A stretch of 63,800 nucleotides of DNA, taken from contig JAFGDG010000086.1 in NCBI GenBank assembly GCA_016932245.1, positions 1 through 63,800 on the forward strand, read 5' to 3'. Origin of the DNA: Thermoplasmatota archaeon. Lineage in GTDB: Archaea; Thermoplasmatota; E2; DHVEG-1. How positions within the stretch are numbered: position 1 is the first letter of the stretch; every line of letters starts with the position of its first letter. Position numbers and translations under genes: made by a program. Positions 8,977 to 17,769 of this stretch are shown here, in pieces. Under the pieces are notes generated by a model. The model saw only the letters and a program-made list of their open reading frames with translations, did not search any database and was not told where the DNA came from.

Positions 8977-9789
8977 CTAACGCACCAGCTTTAATCTTAC
9001 CATTTGATAAAATGTTTCGCCAAATCTGACAAATTGTGCCTTTTTTTCAGAGCCTGTAATTAAAATTTCACTATCTGCTGTTACCGGTTGGGCAGATCCC
9101 CCATCGATGACAATCTTCGACTCGCCGCTTTTTGGCGATAACGTGACACCAACCTTCTTTTCCAAAGGAACTATCCATGGGCGGGCTGAGAGTTTGAAAG
9201 GTGCAAGCGGTGCAATAATCATTGCTTTAACTGCAGGATCCATAATGGGCCCACCTGCACTTAATGCATAGCTTGTTGATCCTGTTGGTGTTGCAACAAT
9301 AATTCCATCTGCCCCCAATGTTTCGATCAATTCTTCTTCAACAAACAGTTGTAAATAAATGATTTTTGCAATACGTGCTGTTTGCACAGTCACTTCATTA
9401 GAAGCATCAGGTAATCGCTTGCCATCAACCGTTATTTTTAACTTGGCCCGTTCTTCAACATTATACTTACCAGCAATAACTTTCTTTAACCCCCCGATTG
9501 CATATTTTGATTCCACTTCAGCAAGAAAGCCCATACCGCCCGAATTGATGGCAAAGATGGGTTTTTCTATTGCTTCAAGTGCACGGAGTATGGTTCCATC
9601 GCCACCAACAGTAACTACGATATCGGCGTTCCTGTTCATCTCTCTTAACGAATACGATTTACTGCCAACCTGTTTTGCAATGCTTTCTTCAGCAAAAACA
9701 TCGTGTGATTCTTGGAGGAACTGATAAACATCAATAGCAGCAGACAATGCCTTTTTTACATATGAATTGCACACAAGTCCCCATTTCAT
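8977..9789 (-). CDS. nadK: NAD kinase
   Basis: 270 aa. VTVGGDGTILRA motif and the C-terminal TPTGSTSYALSAGGPI motif of NAD kinases. Confidence 0.85.
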   Translation of the reverse strand: MKWGLVCNSYVKKALSAAIDVYQFLQESHDVFAEESIAKQVGSKSYSLREMNRNADIVVTVGGDGTILRALEAIEKPIFAINSGGMGFLAEVESKYAIGGLKKVIAGKYNVEERAKLKITVDGKRLPDASNEVTVQTARIAKIIYLQLFVEEELIETLGADGIIVATPTGSTSYALSAGGPIMDPAVKAMIIAPLAPFKLSARPWIVPLEKKVGVTLSPKSGESKIVIDGGSAQPVTADSEILITGSEKKAQFVRFGETFYQMVRLKLVR

Positions 9790-9801
9790 AGACGGCCTCT
9801 T

Positions 9802-10989
9802 TCACTCAGATATTTTCATTAATGGTCGCAATTTCATCAATAGTGTTGGATGTTTTAACACCAACGCCTTAATAAGGCTAAGGGTACTCAGCTCTTCAAA
9901 CTTATAATCTTTCAGTGAATCGGCAAGCATATTGAATGTTTTATCATCCATATCTAACAAAGTTTCTTTTACCCTATAGTTGCGTTTCATTTTCTTACCA
10001 ATAACCTCTTTCCATCTCATCTCATATTCCATTAAAAAGTCCTGGCTAAAATCTTGTGTTTGTACCGCTTTTCCTACCACCTCGCCAGCAATTTTACCAA
10101 TTTCAAGGCAATGCGTAAGCCCTCCGCCAGTAATCGGGTCGACATGCCGTGCGGCATCACCGACTAATATAAGGTTATCTCGCACGGTTTCAATGGGATT
10201 TGCGACAGGAACCGCACCTGCAAGAAAACGTACAGGTTCCGCATGAGCAAATCGAGAATCCTTTGCAATAAACTCATCAAGCAGCTTTTTTGCCATTCCT
10301 GCTTCACTGAGACTTGCCAGAATGCCGATACCAACATTTGCCACGTCTTTTCCTTTAGGAAACACCCAAATATACCCCCCTGGAGCAATCTTTTTTCCTA
10401 AATAAAAGTCACAATATGCGTCCTTACAATCCACATTTGTTAAGGTATACTGGGCACAAGTTTCCAAATCTTTTGGTTTAAGAGTGGTATCGATATCTGC
10501 CCATTTACCTACTTTTGACTCAACTCCATCTGCACCTATGATAACATCAGCCTCAATGTCCCTTTCTTCATCGAAATGGTTTATCTTAACGCCCTTAATT
10601 TTCCCCTCATCTTTAAGAAGTCCAATTGCTTGGGCGTTCATCATAATTTTGACGCCTGCTTTTGCTGCCCTTCTTGCTAACTCCTGATCAAAAATATCAC
10701 GATAGATCACATAACCAGTTTCATTCCCTGCCATATCGGCAGAAAGTTTTACCATGGTCCCATCGGGCGAGTAGATACGCGCACCTTCCATTCTCCCTGC
10801 GATCCACCGCGTACCTTCAAGCATGTCCCAATCATCTATCTTGCGGCTGATGCCTTCACCACAAAGAACAGGGGTTCCAATTTCCTGCCTTCTCTCTACA
10901 ATTAAGACTTTTGCGCCTGCTTCTGCAGCAAATCGGGCAGTAACACTTCCTGCAGGTCCGCTTCCCACTACAATAACATCATATTTCAT
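9802..10989 (-). CDS. geranylgeranyl reductase family protein (digeranylgeranylglycerophospholipid reductase-like)
   Basis: N-terminal FAD fold YDVIVVGSGPAGS...VLIVERRQEIGTPVLCGEGIS and LVGDAARHVDPITGGG are typical of archaeal GGR. Confidence 0.85.
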   Translation of the reverse strand: MKYDVIVVGSGPAGSVTARFAAEAGAKVLIVERRQEIGTPVLCGEGISRKIDDWDMLEGTRWIAGRMEGARIYSPDGTMVKLSADMAGNETGYVIYRDIFDQELARRAAKAGVKIMMNAQAIGLLKDEGKIKGVKINHFDEERDIEADVIIGADGVESKVGKWADIDTTLKPKDLETCAQYTLTNVDCKDAYCDFYLGKKIAPGGYIWVFPKGKDVANVGIGILASLSEAGMAKKLLDEFIAKDSRFAHAEPVRFLAGAVPVANPIETVRDNLILVGDAARHVDPITGGGLTHCLEIGKIAGEVVGKAVQTQDFSQDFLMEYEMRWKEVIGKKMKRNYRVKETLLDMDDKTFNMLADSLKDYKFEELSTLSLIKALVLKHPTLLMKLRPLMKISE

Positions 10990-10991
10990 TG

Positions 10992-11183
10992 CTACAACGC
11001 TCCGTCTCCGCTAATGGCTCCGACAGGACAAGTTCTAATACAAATCGCACAACTTATGCACCCTTTTTCGTCAACCAATGCCTTGTTAGCATACCAGGAT
11101 ATTGCATCTTGAGGACATACTGAGATGCATCCACCACATGCTAAACATTCCTTCGTATCTACTTTTGCCTTAGGCTTTCCCAT
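10992..11183 (-). CDS. 2x[4Fe-4S] ferredoxin
   Basis: 63 aa with two CxxCxxCxxxCP motifs (CLACGGCISVCP, CISCAICIRTCP). Ends 2 nt before the GGR start codon. Confidence 0.85.
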   Translation of the reverse strand: MGKPKAKVDTKECLACGGCISVCPQDAISWYANKALVDEKGCISCAICIRTCPVGAISGDGAL

Positions 11184-11742
11184 ATGATTCTCCTCTTGTT
11201 ATTCCAGATGCAATTAAATGAGCCACTCGAATTGGCTCAGGTACGACGCCCCTTATTGTTGAAAGCGTTATTATTTCTTTTGCCTCCTCTAGAGAACACC
11301 CTGCATGTTTGATAAAAACAGGGTTGTGAGATGTTTTAATTCTATGCAACTTGCCCTGCTGCATGAGCCGCAATCGTTCTTCCCAATCAGTAAAATGCTG
11401 TTTCAATGCTTTTTTTATACTGCTAAAATCAGGGGCATCTCGAGTAATGGTTATTATTGGTAGATTTGTGGCATGATGGGCCTCTTCAATGTCTACAATG
11501 TTGAATCCACCAAGAGCAATACCATCCAGCAGTATTGCTCTCAACTGCTGCCGATGTTTCGTGTTATTTATTAATTCTACGCAAACATCTGTTGCATCAG
11601 TACCGTCAATAGCAACCTGACTTCGTAAAACACATTCGAGATACTCCCCCCCGCGCATTATTGCCCCAATAACTGGTGTGGAAGTATCATTGAAAGTGAA
11701 AGGAGCATCATCAAGCCCCATGAGCCGTATTTCTCGTTTCAT
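11170..11742 (-). CDS. DUF99/UPF0215 family protein
   Basis: N-terminal IRLMGLDDAPF and overall length match the archaeal UPF0215 (DUF99) family. It overlaps the ferredoxin gene by 14 nt. Confidence 0.65.
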   Translation of the reverse strand: MKREIRLMGLDDAPFTFNDTSTPVIGAIMRGGEYLECVLRSQVAIDGTDATDVCVELINNTKHRQQLRAILLDGIALGGFNIVDIEEAHHATNLPIITITRDAPDFSSIKKALKQHFTDWEERLRLMQQGKLHRIKTSHNPVFIKHAGCSLEEAKEIITLSTIRGVVPEPIRVAHLIASGITRGESYGKA

Positions 11743-11850
11743 CTACAAAACAAATAGAGCTATAATACTAAATCTTTTACTACTTACATTTTCCGACATA
11801 TTTATAACAATAGAAACAATGTTTACGCAAAAAATAAGGGAGAGAAAAAC

Positions 11851-12555
11851 ATGAAACTATGGAAACTAGGTATATTGGTTGTTAGTATAATGTCATTAGC
11901 AGCAATGGCTGCGCTTCCCGTTTCAGCAGAGAGCGATCCTACTGGAGATGTATATCACAGGACTATAACCGGGGCATCGTATTCTTGGGAGCTTTATGGA
12001 GAAAGAGAGAATGTTGACATCACTGATATTTCCTATGACGTTGTAGGCTCTGATGTAACATTATCATTGACCGTTAAAGGGAGAATTACCGACAGTCAAA
12101 ACATTCTTTATTATATTCACCTCAAAAAGGACGACAGCGCATTCTATCAAATTTTTTATACAAATGGTTCAGGAATGGTATCTGGGGGAGGTGTATTTCA
12201 AGGATTTTATGACTATGCGCCAGAGTTCACTCTATCAACAGATGGAAAAACCATTTCCTATACCTTCACTGATTTGAATACGACCATCGATTACGAGCCA
12301 TGGGGTTGGGCACAGGAATACCTTGAGTACACTGTCCAAGGCGGAGAGGCCTGGTTTGACTATGCGCCAAATGCCTATGCACCGTGGTACACAGCGGGCG
12401 ATGAGACGGATCCTGATGACGAGCCTGATAACGGAGGAAGTAACACGCTGCCCAACGGAGATGGAACGACACCAACAGGTACGCCAGGATTTGAACTGAT
12501 AGCACTGCTTATCGCTGCAACAATACTGCTGATTGTATATAAGAGAAGAAGGTAG
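11851..12555 (+). CDS. secreted protein with PGF-CTERM archaeosortase sorting signal
   Basis: N-terminal signal peptide (LGILVVSIMSLAAMAALPVSA). Asp/Pro/Thr/Gly-rich linker, then TPGFELIALLIAATILLIVYKRRR (PGF + TM helix + basic tail). Confidence 0.7.
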   Translation: MKLWKLGILVVSIMSLAAMAALPVSAESDPTGDVYHRTITGASYSWELYGERENVDITDISYDVVGSDVTLSLTVKGRITDSQNILYYIHLKKDDSAFYQIFYTNGSGMVSGGGVFQGFYDYAPEFTLSTDGKTISYTFTDLNTTIDYEPWGWAQEYLEYTVQGGEAWFDYAPNAYAPWYTAGDETDPDDEPDNGGSNTLPNGDGTTPTGTPGFELIALLIAATILLIVYKRRR

Positions 12556-12576
12556 TCTTCTCTTCCTTTTTATTTT

Positions 12577-12936
12577 TCATAGAAGAGAAAGGCTTCCGGT
12601 TACCTGATCAATAATATTGGTAGGGGCAGGGCCAATTCCTAAGACTGTTTTAGTACCTGCTGGAATCTCAGTATGCCCCGCATCCTCGATCAATGAGGTT
12701 GAGATATCCAATTTCTCAGCTTTTTCTTTGAGTGGGAAAAATTCCTCAAGCCGCTCAACTTTTACCACTGCTTTTTTTGCCCCTTCAGCTTGCCACTTTG
12801 TAAACCATCTTGTATTATATTGTTTAGTTGATAATGCACAATTGACTGCAGCATGGGCAACTTGAGCTGCTAGTTTTCCAGGAGATAGTTTTAAATCACT
12901 TCTTGTGACGATGACCATCTTATATTCAAAATCCAT
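12577..12936 (-). CDS. pth2: peptidyl-tRNA hydrolase, archaeal type
   Basis: KMVIVTRSDLKLSPGKLAAQVAHAAV and GIGPAP are Pth2 hallmarks. Start moved to the internal ATG (MDFEYK), which gives the usual ~119 aa. Confidence 0.85.
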   Translation of the reverse strand: MDFEYKMVIVTRSDLKLSPGKLAAQVAHAAVNCALSTKQYNTRWFTKWQAEGAKKAVVKVERLEEFFPLKEKAEKLDISTSLIEDAGHTEIPAGTKTVLGIGPAPTNIIDQVTGSLSLL

Positions 12937-13297
12937 TGGTCTTTTTCCCTCTGTTGTCCATGATGCAAAAGGATTCCGCCCGCCATTTTTCTCCGAGCTG
13001 CTGAGCCTTGTCACGGTCGACAAGCCCTTTCACCAACAGCGTTTTTTCCTCCTCCTCGATATGTTTGAGAGGAACGCCAAGGTATGTTTTCCCTGATTTG
13101 ATAATCAAAATATCTTCATCTACGGCAACACTCTCACCGATTTTTCTCCCGGCGCCGTCTAAGACGAAACGACAGGTCAATCCATTTTTATAAAAATCTT
13201 CTTCACTATCAGCAGATTTTTGTTTCTTTCTGGAAAAAAAGAACAATCCCGTGATTGCTTGTGAAATAATTACGAATCTATGAGTACTAGTAAACAT
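12926..13297 (-). CDS. small hypothetical protein with N-terminal hydrophobic segment
   Basis: 123-aa ORF. Predicted TM segment FVIISQAITGLFFF, then a beta-rich segment (GRKIGESVAVDEDILIIKSGKTYLGVP). It overlaps the pth2 start by 11 nt. Family not recognised. Confidence 0.4.
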   Translation of the reverse strand: MFTSTHRFVIISQAITGLFFFSRKKQKSADSEEDFYKNGLTCRFVLDGAGRKIGESVAVDEDILIIKSGKTYLGVPLKHIEEEEKTLLVKGLVDRDKAQQLGEKWRAESFCIMDNRGKKTNGF

Positions 13298-13364
13298 TGG
13301 CCTTCCACAGGCTCAGTATCTGCGATTCTGTTATAAATCTTTGGAAAGATACCTCTTTCTAATC

Positions 13365-14552
13365 ATGAACGAATGTGATGTTGCAGTTGTTGGTGGAGGC
13401 CCTATTGGCGGGCATGTTGCTTCTCTGTTAGCTGAGAGCGGGCATTCGGTTTCTGTTTTTGAGGAGCATAAGGAAATTGGCCTTCCTCTCAAATGTGCAG
13501 GTCTTGTCACTCCTCGCGTTCTTGATATGGTTAACATCAAGCAAACAGCTGTTGTTCAGAATACCATTAAAGGTGCACACATTCACTCTCCTTCCAATCA
13601 TATTTTGACTGTTGGAGGTAATAGGAAACATGCTTTTGTTATCGACCGATCAGAATTTGATAAGAAAATCTTGCATGATGCACACAAGAAAGGAGCCACC
13701 ATTCTTTCAAACCACAAGATTACTGCAGCTCAACGGCAAAAAGATTTCATCATACTTGCAACATCACAAGATACAGAATATAGGTGTAAGTTGGTTGTTG
13801 GTGCCGATGGGCCATATTCAAAGATACGAGATCGGTTTGCATTTCCTCAACCAAAAGAATTCTTACAAGGGATAGGTGCGCAACTCGTTGATACTTCTCT
13901 TGACCATGACTTTGTTGAACTATTTGTTGGAAATGCCATTGCCCCTGACTTTTTTGCGTGGATAATCCCAACAAATGCTAAGGGGACCAGGGCACGAGCG
14001 GGTTTGTGTGTTGCTGCGAATGCTCCACATCACCCAAAACAGTATCTGTCCACCCTCCTTCAACATGAAAATGCCTCACCCTTTCTCGAACAAGCCACTA
14101 TCTCTGGCTATACAGGAGGATCGATTCCGTTAGGCCCATTATCAAAAACGTATGATAATAACATTCTCTTAGTGGGAGACGCAGCAGCACAGGTAAAGCC
14201 TACGTCTGGTGGGGGAATCTACCCCGGGTTGTGTTGTGCTTGCCATTGCGCTGCAGTGGCACAGGATGCGATGGAAAACAATATATTCACTGAAAAAATC
14301 CTTAAAAAATATCAGAAAAAATGGCATGAAGACATTGGAAAAGAACTCTACCTTGGAATGAAATTTCGCACGATTTTCACCAGACTTACCGATGCACAAT
14401 TCGATAAATACATTGCAAAATTTCAACAGCAAAGCATTACTGCTATCATCTCTAAACACGGTGATATTGATTATCCTTCAAAACTGATTAAACCTCTCTT
14501 GAAAAAAGCACCCACGCTTTTAACACTTCTACCAAAAATGTTGAAAGAATGA
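13365..14552 (+). CDS. second geranylgeranyl reductase family flavoprotein
   Basis: CDVAVVGGGPIGG...VSVFEEHKEIGLPLKCAGLV and LVGDAAAQVKPTSGGG. Start placed at MNECDV (ATG 13365). Confidence 0.75.
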   Translation: MNECDVAVVGGGPIGGHVASLLAESGHSVSVFEEHKEIGLPLKCAGLVTPRVLDMVNIKQTAVVQNTIKGAHIHSPSNHILTVGGNRKHAFVIDRSEFDKKILHDAHKKGATILSNHKITAAQRQKDFIILATSQDTEYRCKLVVGADGPYSKIRDRFAFPQPKEFLQGIGAQLVDTSLDHDFVELFVGNAIAPDFFAWIIPTNAKGTRARAGLCVAANAPHHPKQYLSTLLQHENASPFLEQATISGYTGGSIPLGPLSKTYDNNILLVGDAAAQVKPTSGGGIYPGLCCACHCAAVAQDAMENNIFTEKILKKYQKKWHEDIGKELYLGMKFRTIFTRLTDAQFDKYIAKFQQQSITAIISKHGDIDYPSKLIKPLLKKAPTLLTLLPKMLKE

Positions 14553-14565
14553 CATCATTTTCGTT

Positions 14566-16755
14566 TTACTTTTTTGCCGGGGGAGGCGGTACGTAATAAT
14601 CTTCATCTTCATATCCATAATCGTCCCCATAGCTTTCATTATCCACGACGGTTGTACCCTTTATCTTTCCACCTTTTCTCTTCTTTCGTATGATGTAGAT
14701 GACGATAATCAATAACAAGGTAATGACAAAGCTTACAATGCACGGCATGAAAATGCCAATTACAAAGAGAGCAGACGGAATAATTTTACAGCTCACCACA
14801 TTGGTTAATGCAGATTCTGACGAATCAAAAGAAACTTCAATGTAGATCCGCCCATCTTCGAGCTGATCCTTTACTACTTTTCCCAACTCATCAGTACATG
14901 TTACGTTGATTCCATGAGGAAAAACAATTCTATAGGTTACATTTTGATTTTGCAACCCTCGCAGATTAAGATACTGGCTTTTCATTTCAAAACTCGGTGG
15001 TACAAAAGAAAGATTAAAAGAAAGCGGATATGAGCTATGTGCATAAGAGACTACAGTTAACGGAGATTCGCCACTCATCGTTCCAATGTCCTCGCCCCAC
15101 AATAACGACTCATCAAATGCGTTTCTATTGGTGTGACCATCGACGGTTAAATTTGGTAGAATAGTAACCAATTTTTGTTCGAATAGTTGTTTATCTTTAG
15201 TAAGAAACGTGCTAATACCTTCCTCATCAAATACGCCTTCATCTATACACAGACGAAATGCATCTGAGGAGAGGTACTGAAGAGAAAGTTTTTCAGGAAG
15301 CGAGAACGAATCAGGAACACTAGAAACATGATAATTTTTTTTCTCCTCAATAAACAAACCTAATGAAAGCTCTGTTTCTCCTGTAAAAAATCCTAATAAA
15401 TTCAAATCAGTTGTACTTATTTCAATTTCGATTATCGTCTCTATCTGCTCTTCAGTGTATTCTGGTGCCTTGCTTGAATTAAACCGCCCCGAAAGCCCAT
15501 CAGTTCGATTCCATATATAGCTATTTTTCCCATCCAAGTACAGGCCTTGTGGAAGAAGAAGCGTCACGTTATAAGGATAGTCTATGTTACCAAGATCATC
15601 GCCAAAATTCATATCGTTAGCAGAAATATTTGCTGTGCCCCCTGCGTGAATCAGTCCAAAAAAAGCTCGGGCAGATATATCGCAAAGGTGTATGTTTACG
15701 TCATCAGCAATAAGCTCCGCCTGGACTGGAGGGCTATCGTTCATGTGAGTGATATTGTAAGGTTGAGAGCAGTTGTTTGTGGTTTCTTCATTCCACCGGA
15801 ATGCAACATCTAGTGTTTGATTAAATGAAGAGTTTTCTATCACTGAGGTTATCTCTTTAGTTATATTTGCCATGGTTTTTTGGTATACCTCTTCCCATGA
15901 GGTCAATCCGTTTTCGATAAGTAATCGCATTCCATCAGCGGTGACAAAATCTAAGTCACTAATGGATGGAGGAATTACATCATATCCTCTAATATCAATA
16001 TGTTTTGCCACGATGTTACCAATCAATTCAATGTGTTTTGCATTACTTGAATCTAAAACAAATGCTAGGTGAATGTTATCGGTGTTCATTGTAGGGGTTG
16101 TTGGGGTCTTGTACTGGAGAGAAAATTTAGCCGCTTTTGAAGGGTCTAACCCCTCTTCGTTATGCAAGGTCCATTGTATGGTATTGATATTTTTCTCCCC
16201 ATTGGTGAACGGAGGATATATTGAGGAAGGTAGTTCCAGTGTATAGGTGTTGTCCCATCCCCTTTCGGCATGAAGTGTTGCTTCGTACATTACCTCAGCG
16301 CCCATATCAAGAACACCGTTGATCATGTTATATCCGTTAACAGTATCACCCATTCCAAAAAATACTGAAGACAAGGCAACACTAAACGCATCATAAAATC
16401 GATTATTTTCATAGGTTGGCTTTTGTAGCAATGCAGTAACCGGCGCATCGATAAATGCCTCTTCTAGCTGTTCTTCCAGGAGCTGACGTAATCGTAATTT
16501 AATGGCGCCCATCGTTTCAAGATCGCCTGTTGCTGCAGCCTCTATATCGCTTTTTTTGTAGAGTTGCCCGAATACTGTAATTTGGCTGACCTCAAGTGTT
16601 ACATCTATGTGAAAATCCGTTGCTGAGTCCAAGGTAATCGTAAATTGCGCGTCAACAATACTTTCATTTTGTTCGTTTTCTGCTAAACTAGAGCCAACTG
16701 ATGAAATGACGAGAAACCCTACTATTGCAAACTCCAATAATATGCGCAAGTGCAT
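14566..16755 (-). CDS. large sequon-rich type I membrane surface protein (candidate cell-surface/S-layer-like glycoprotein)
   Basis: 729 aa. Signal peptide, ~650-aa ectodomain with about 15 N-x-S/T sequons, one C-terminal TM helix and a cytoplasmic tail RKKRKGGK...YGDDYGYEDEDYYVPPPPAKK. No family recognised. Confidence 0.6.
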   Translation of the reverse strand: MHLRILLEFAIVGFLVISSVGSSLAENEQNESIVDAQFTITLDSATDFHIDVTLEVSQITVFGQLYKKSDIEAAATGDLETMGAIKLRLRQLLEEQLEEAFIDAPVTALLQKPTYENNRFYDAFSVALSSVFFGMGDTVNGYNMINGVLDMGAEVMYEATLHAERGWDNTYTLELPSSIYPPFTNGEKNINTIQWTLHNEEGLDPSKAAKFSLQYKTPTTPTMNTDNIHLAFVLDSSNAKHIELIGNIVAKHIDIRGYDVIPPSISDLDFVTADGMRLLIENGLTSWEEVYQKTMANITKEITSVIENSSFNQTLDVAFRWNEETTNNCSQPYNITHMNDSPPVQAELIADDVNIHLCDISARAFFGLIHAGGTANISANDMNFGDDLGNIDYPYNVTLLLPQGLYLDGKNSYIWNRTDGLSGRFNSSKAPEYTEEQIETIIEIEISTTDLNLLGFFTGETELSLGLFIEEKKNYHVSSVPDSFSLPEKLSLQYLSSDAFRLCIDEGVFDEEGISTFLTKDKQLFEQKLVTILPNLTVDGHTNRNAFDESLLWGEDIGTMSGESPLTVVSYAHSSYPLSFNLSFVPPSFEMKSQYLNLRGLQNQNVTYRIVFPHGINVTCTDELGKVVKDQLEDGRIYIEVSFDSSESALTNVVSCKIIPSALFVIGIFMPCIVSFVITLLLIIVIYIIRKKRKGGKIKGTTVVDNESYGDDYGYEDEDYYVPPPPAKK

Positions 16756-16851
16756 ACATCCACATCCGTTAAGCCACTAAACATATGTCATTATAAAAAC
16801 TTTCTTACGAAACCACTAAAAATACGTGTACAATTTCACTGTTGTTATTGT

Positions 16852-17700
16852 ATGTATATTATTGGCGGAACAGCATCAAAGGCAGTTGCGGAAGAACTTG
16901 CAAAGGAACTCCACTGCCCACTAGCAGAAACGATTGCCAAGCGTTTTCCTGATGATGAATGTTATATTCGTATTGTGGATGACATTTCGCAAGAGCAAGT
17001 CATTATTGTACAAACGGCCTATCCTGATCACAACATTGTAGAACTTTTTCTACTGCAAAATGCTGCTAAAGAAGCAGGGGCCTCAAAAATTACTGTTGTT
17101 ATGCCCTATATGGGATATGCACGGCAAGACAAAAAATTTCAGAAAGGTGAACCAATAAGTGCACAAACACTGGCACGTCTCATCAGCGCACAAGCAGATG
17201 CGGTGATTACTGTCGATCCTCATAAAGAGTACATCCTTGATTTTTTCACTGTCTCTGCTGTAGGGTGCTCAGCAGTTCCGGAACTTGCAAAATATCTTAA
17301 AAAACAGTCCGTTGATTTTATCCTCGCACCTGATAAAGGGGCTCTCGAACGAGCAAAAAATGCGGCTGATATCATTGGTTGTGAGTATGATTATATGGAA
17401 AAGAAGCGGATTGATGGAACTACGGTCGAGATAAAGCCAAAAAAACTTGATGCGAAAGGCAAGATTGTTGCCATTATCGATGATATCATTTCAACAGGAG
17501 GCACTATGGCAAAATCAATAGAACATCTCAACAACCAAGGAGCAAACAGTGTTTTTGTGGCATGTACTCATGGATTGTTTGCTGGCGACGCTATTAAGAA
17601 ACTTCACACAGCAGGATGCACAGAAATTATTGCAACAAATACCATTATTAGCGATTTCAGTAAGGTAAGTATCGCTCCTTGCATCGCACGACTGCTATAA
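16852..17700 (+). CDS. prs: ribose-phosphate pyrophosphokinase
   Basis: PYMGYARQDKKF and the PRPP-binding loop IIDDIISTGGTM. Start moved to MYIIGG (ATG 16852), because the upstream 34 codons overlap the divergent gene. Confidence 0.9.
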   Translation: MYIIGGTASKAVAEELAKELHCPLAETIAKRFPDDECYIRIVDDISQEQVIIVQTAYPDHNIVELFLLQNAAKEAGASKITVVMPYMGYARQDKKFQKGEPISAQTLARLISAQADAVITVDPHKEYILDFFTVSAVGCSAVPELAKYLKKQSVDFILAPDKGALERAKNAADIIGCEYDYMEKKRIDGTTVEIKPKKLDAKGKIVAIIDDIISTGGTMAKSIEHLNNQGANSVFVACTHGLFAGDAIKKLHTAGCTEIIATNTIISDFSKVSIAPCIARLL

Positions 17701-17769
17701 GGGGGGTGAGCAGTCAATGTACATAAGTTATTTATAAGGCTATAGTTTTACGGTTGTGATTGTTCTCAG

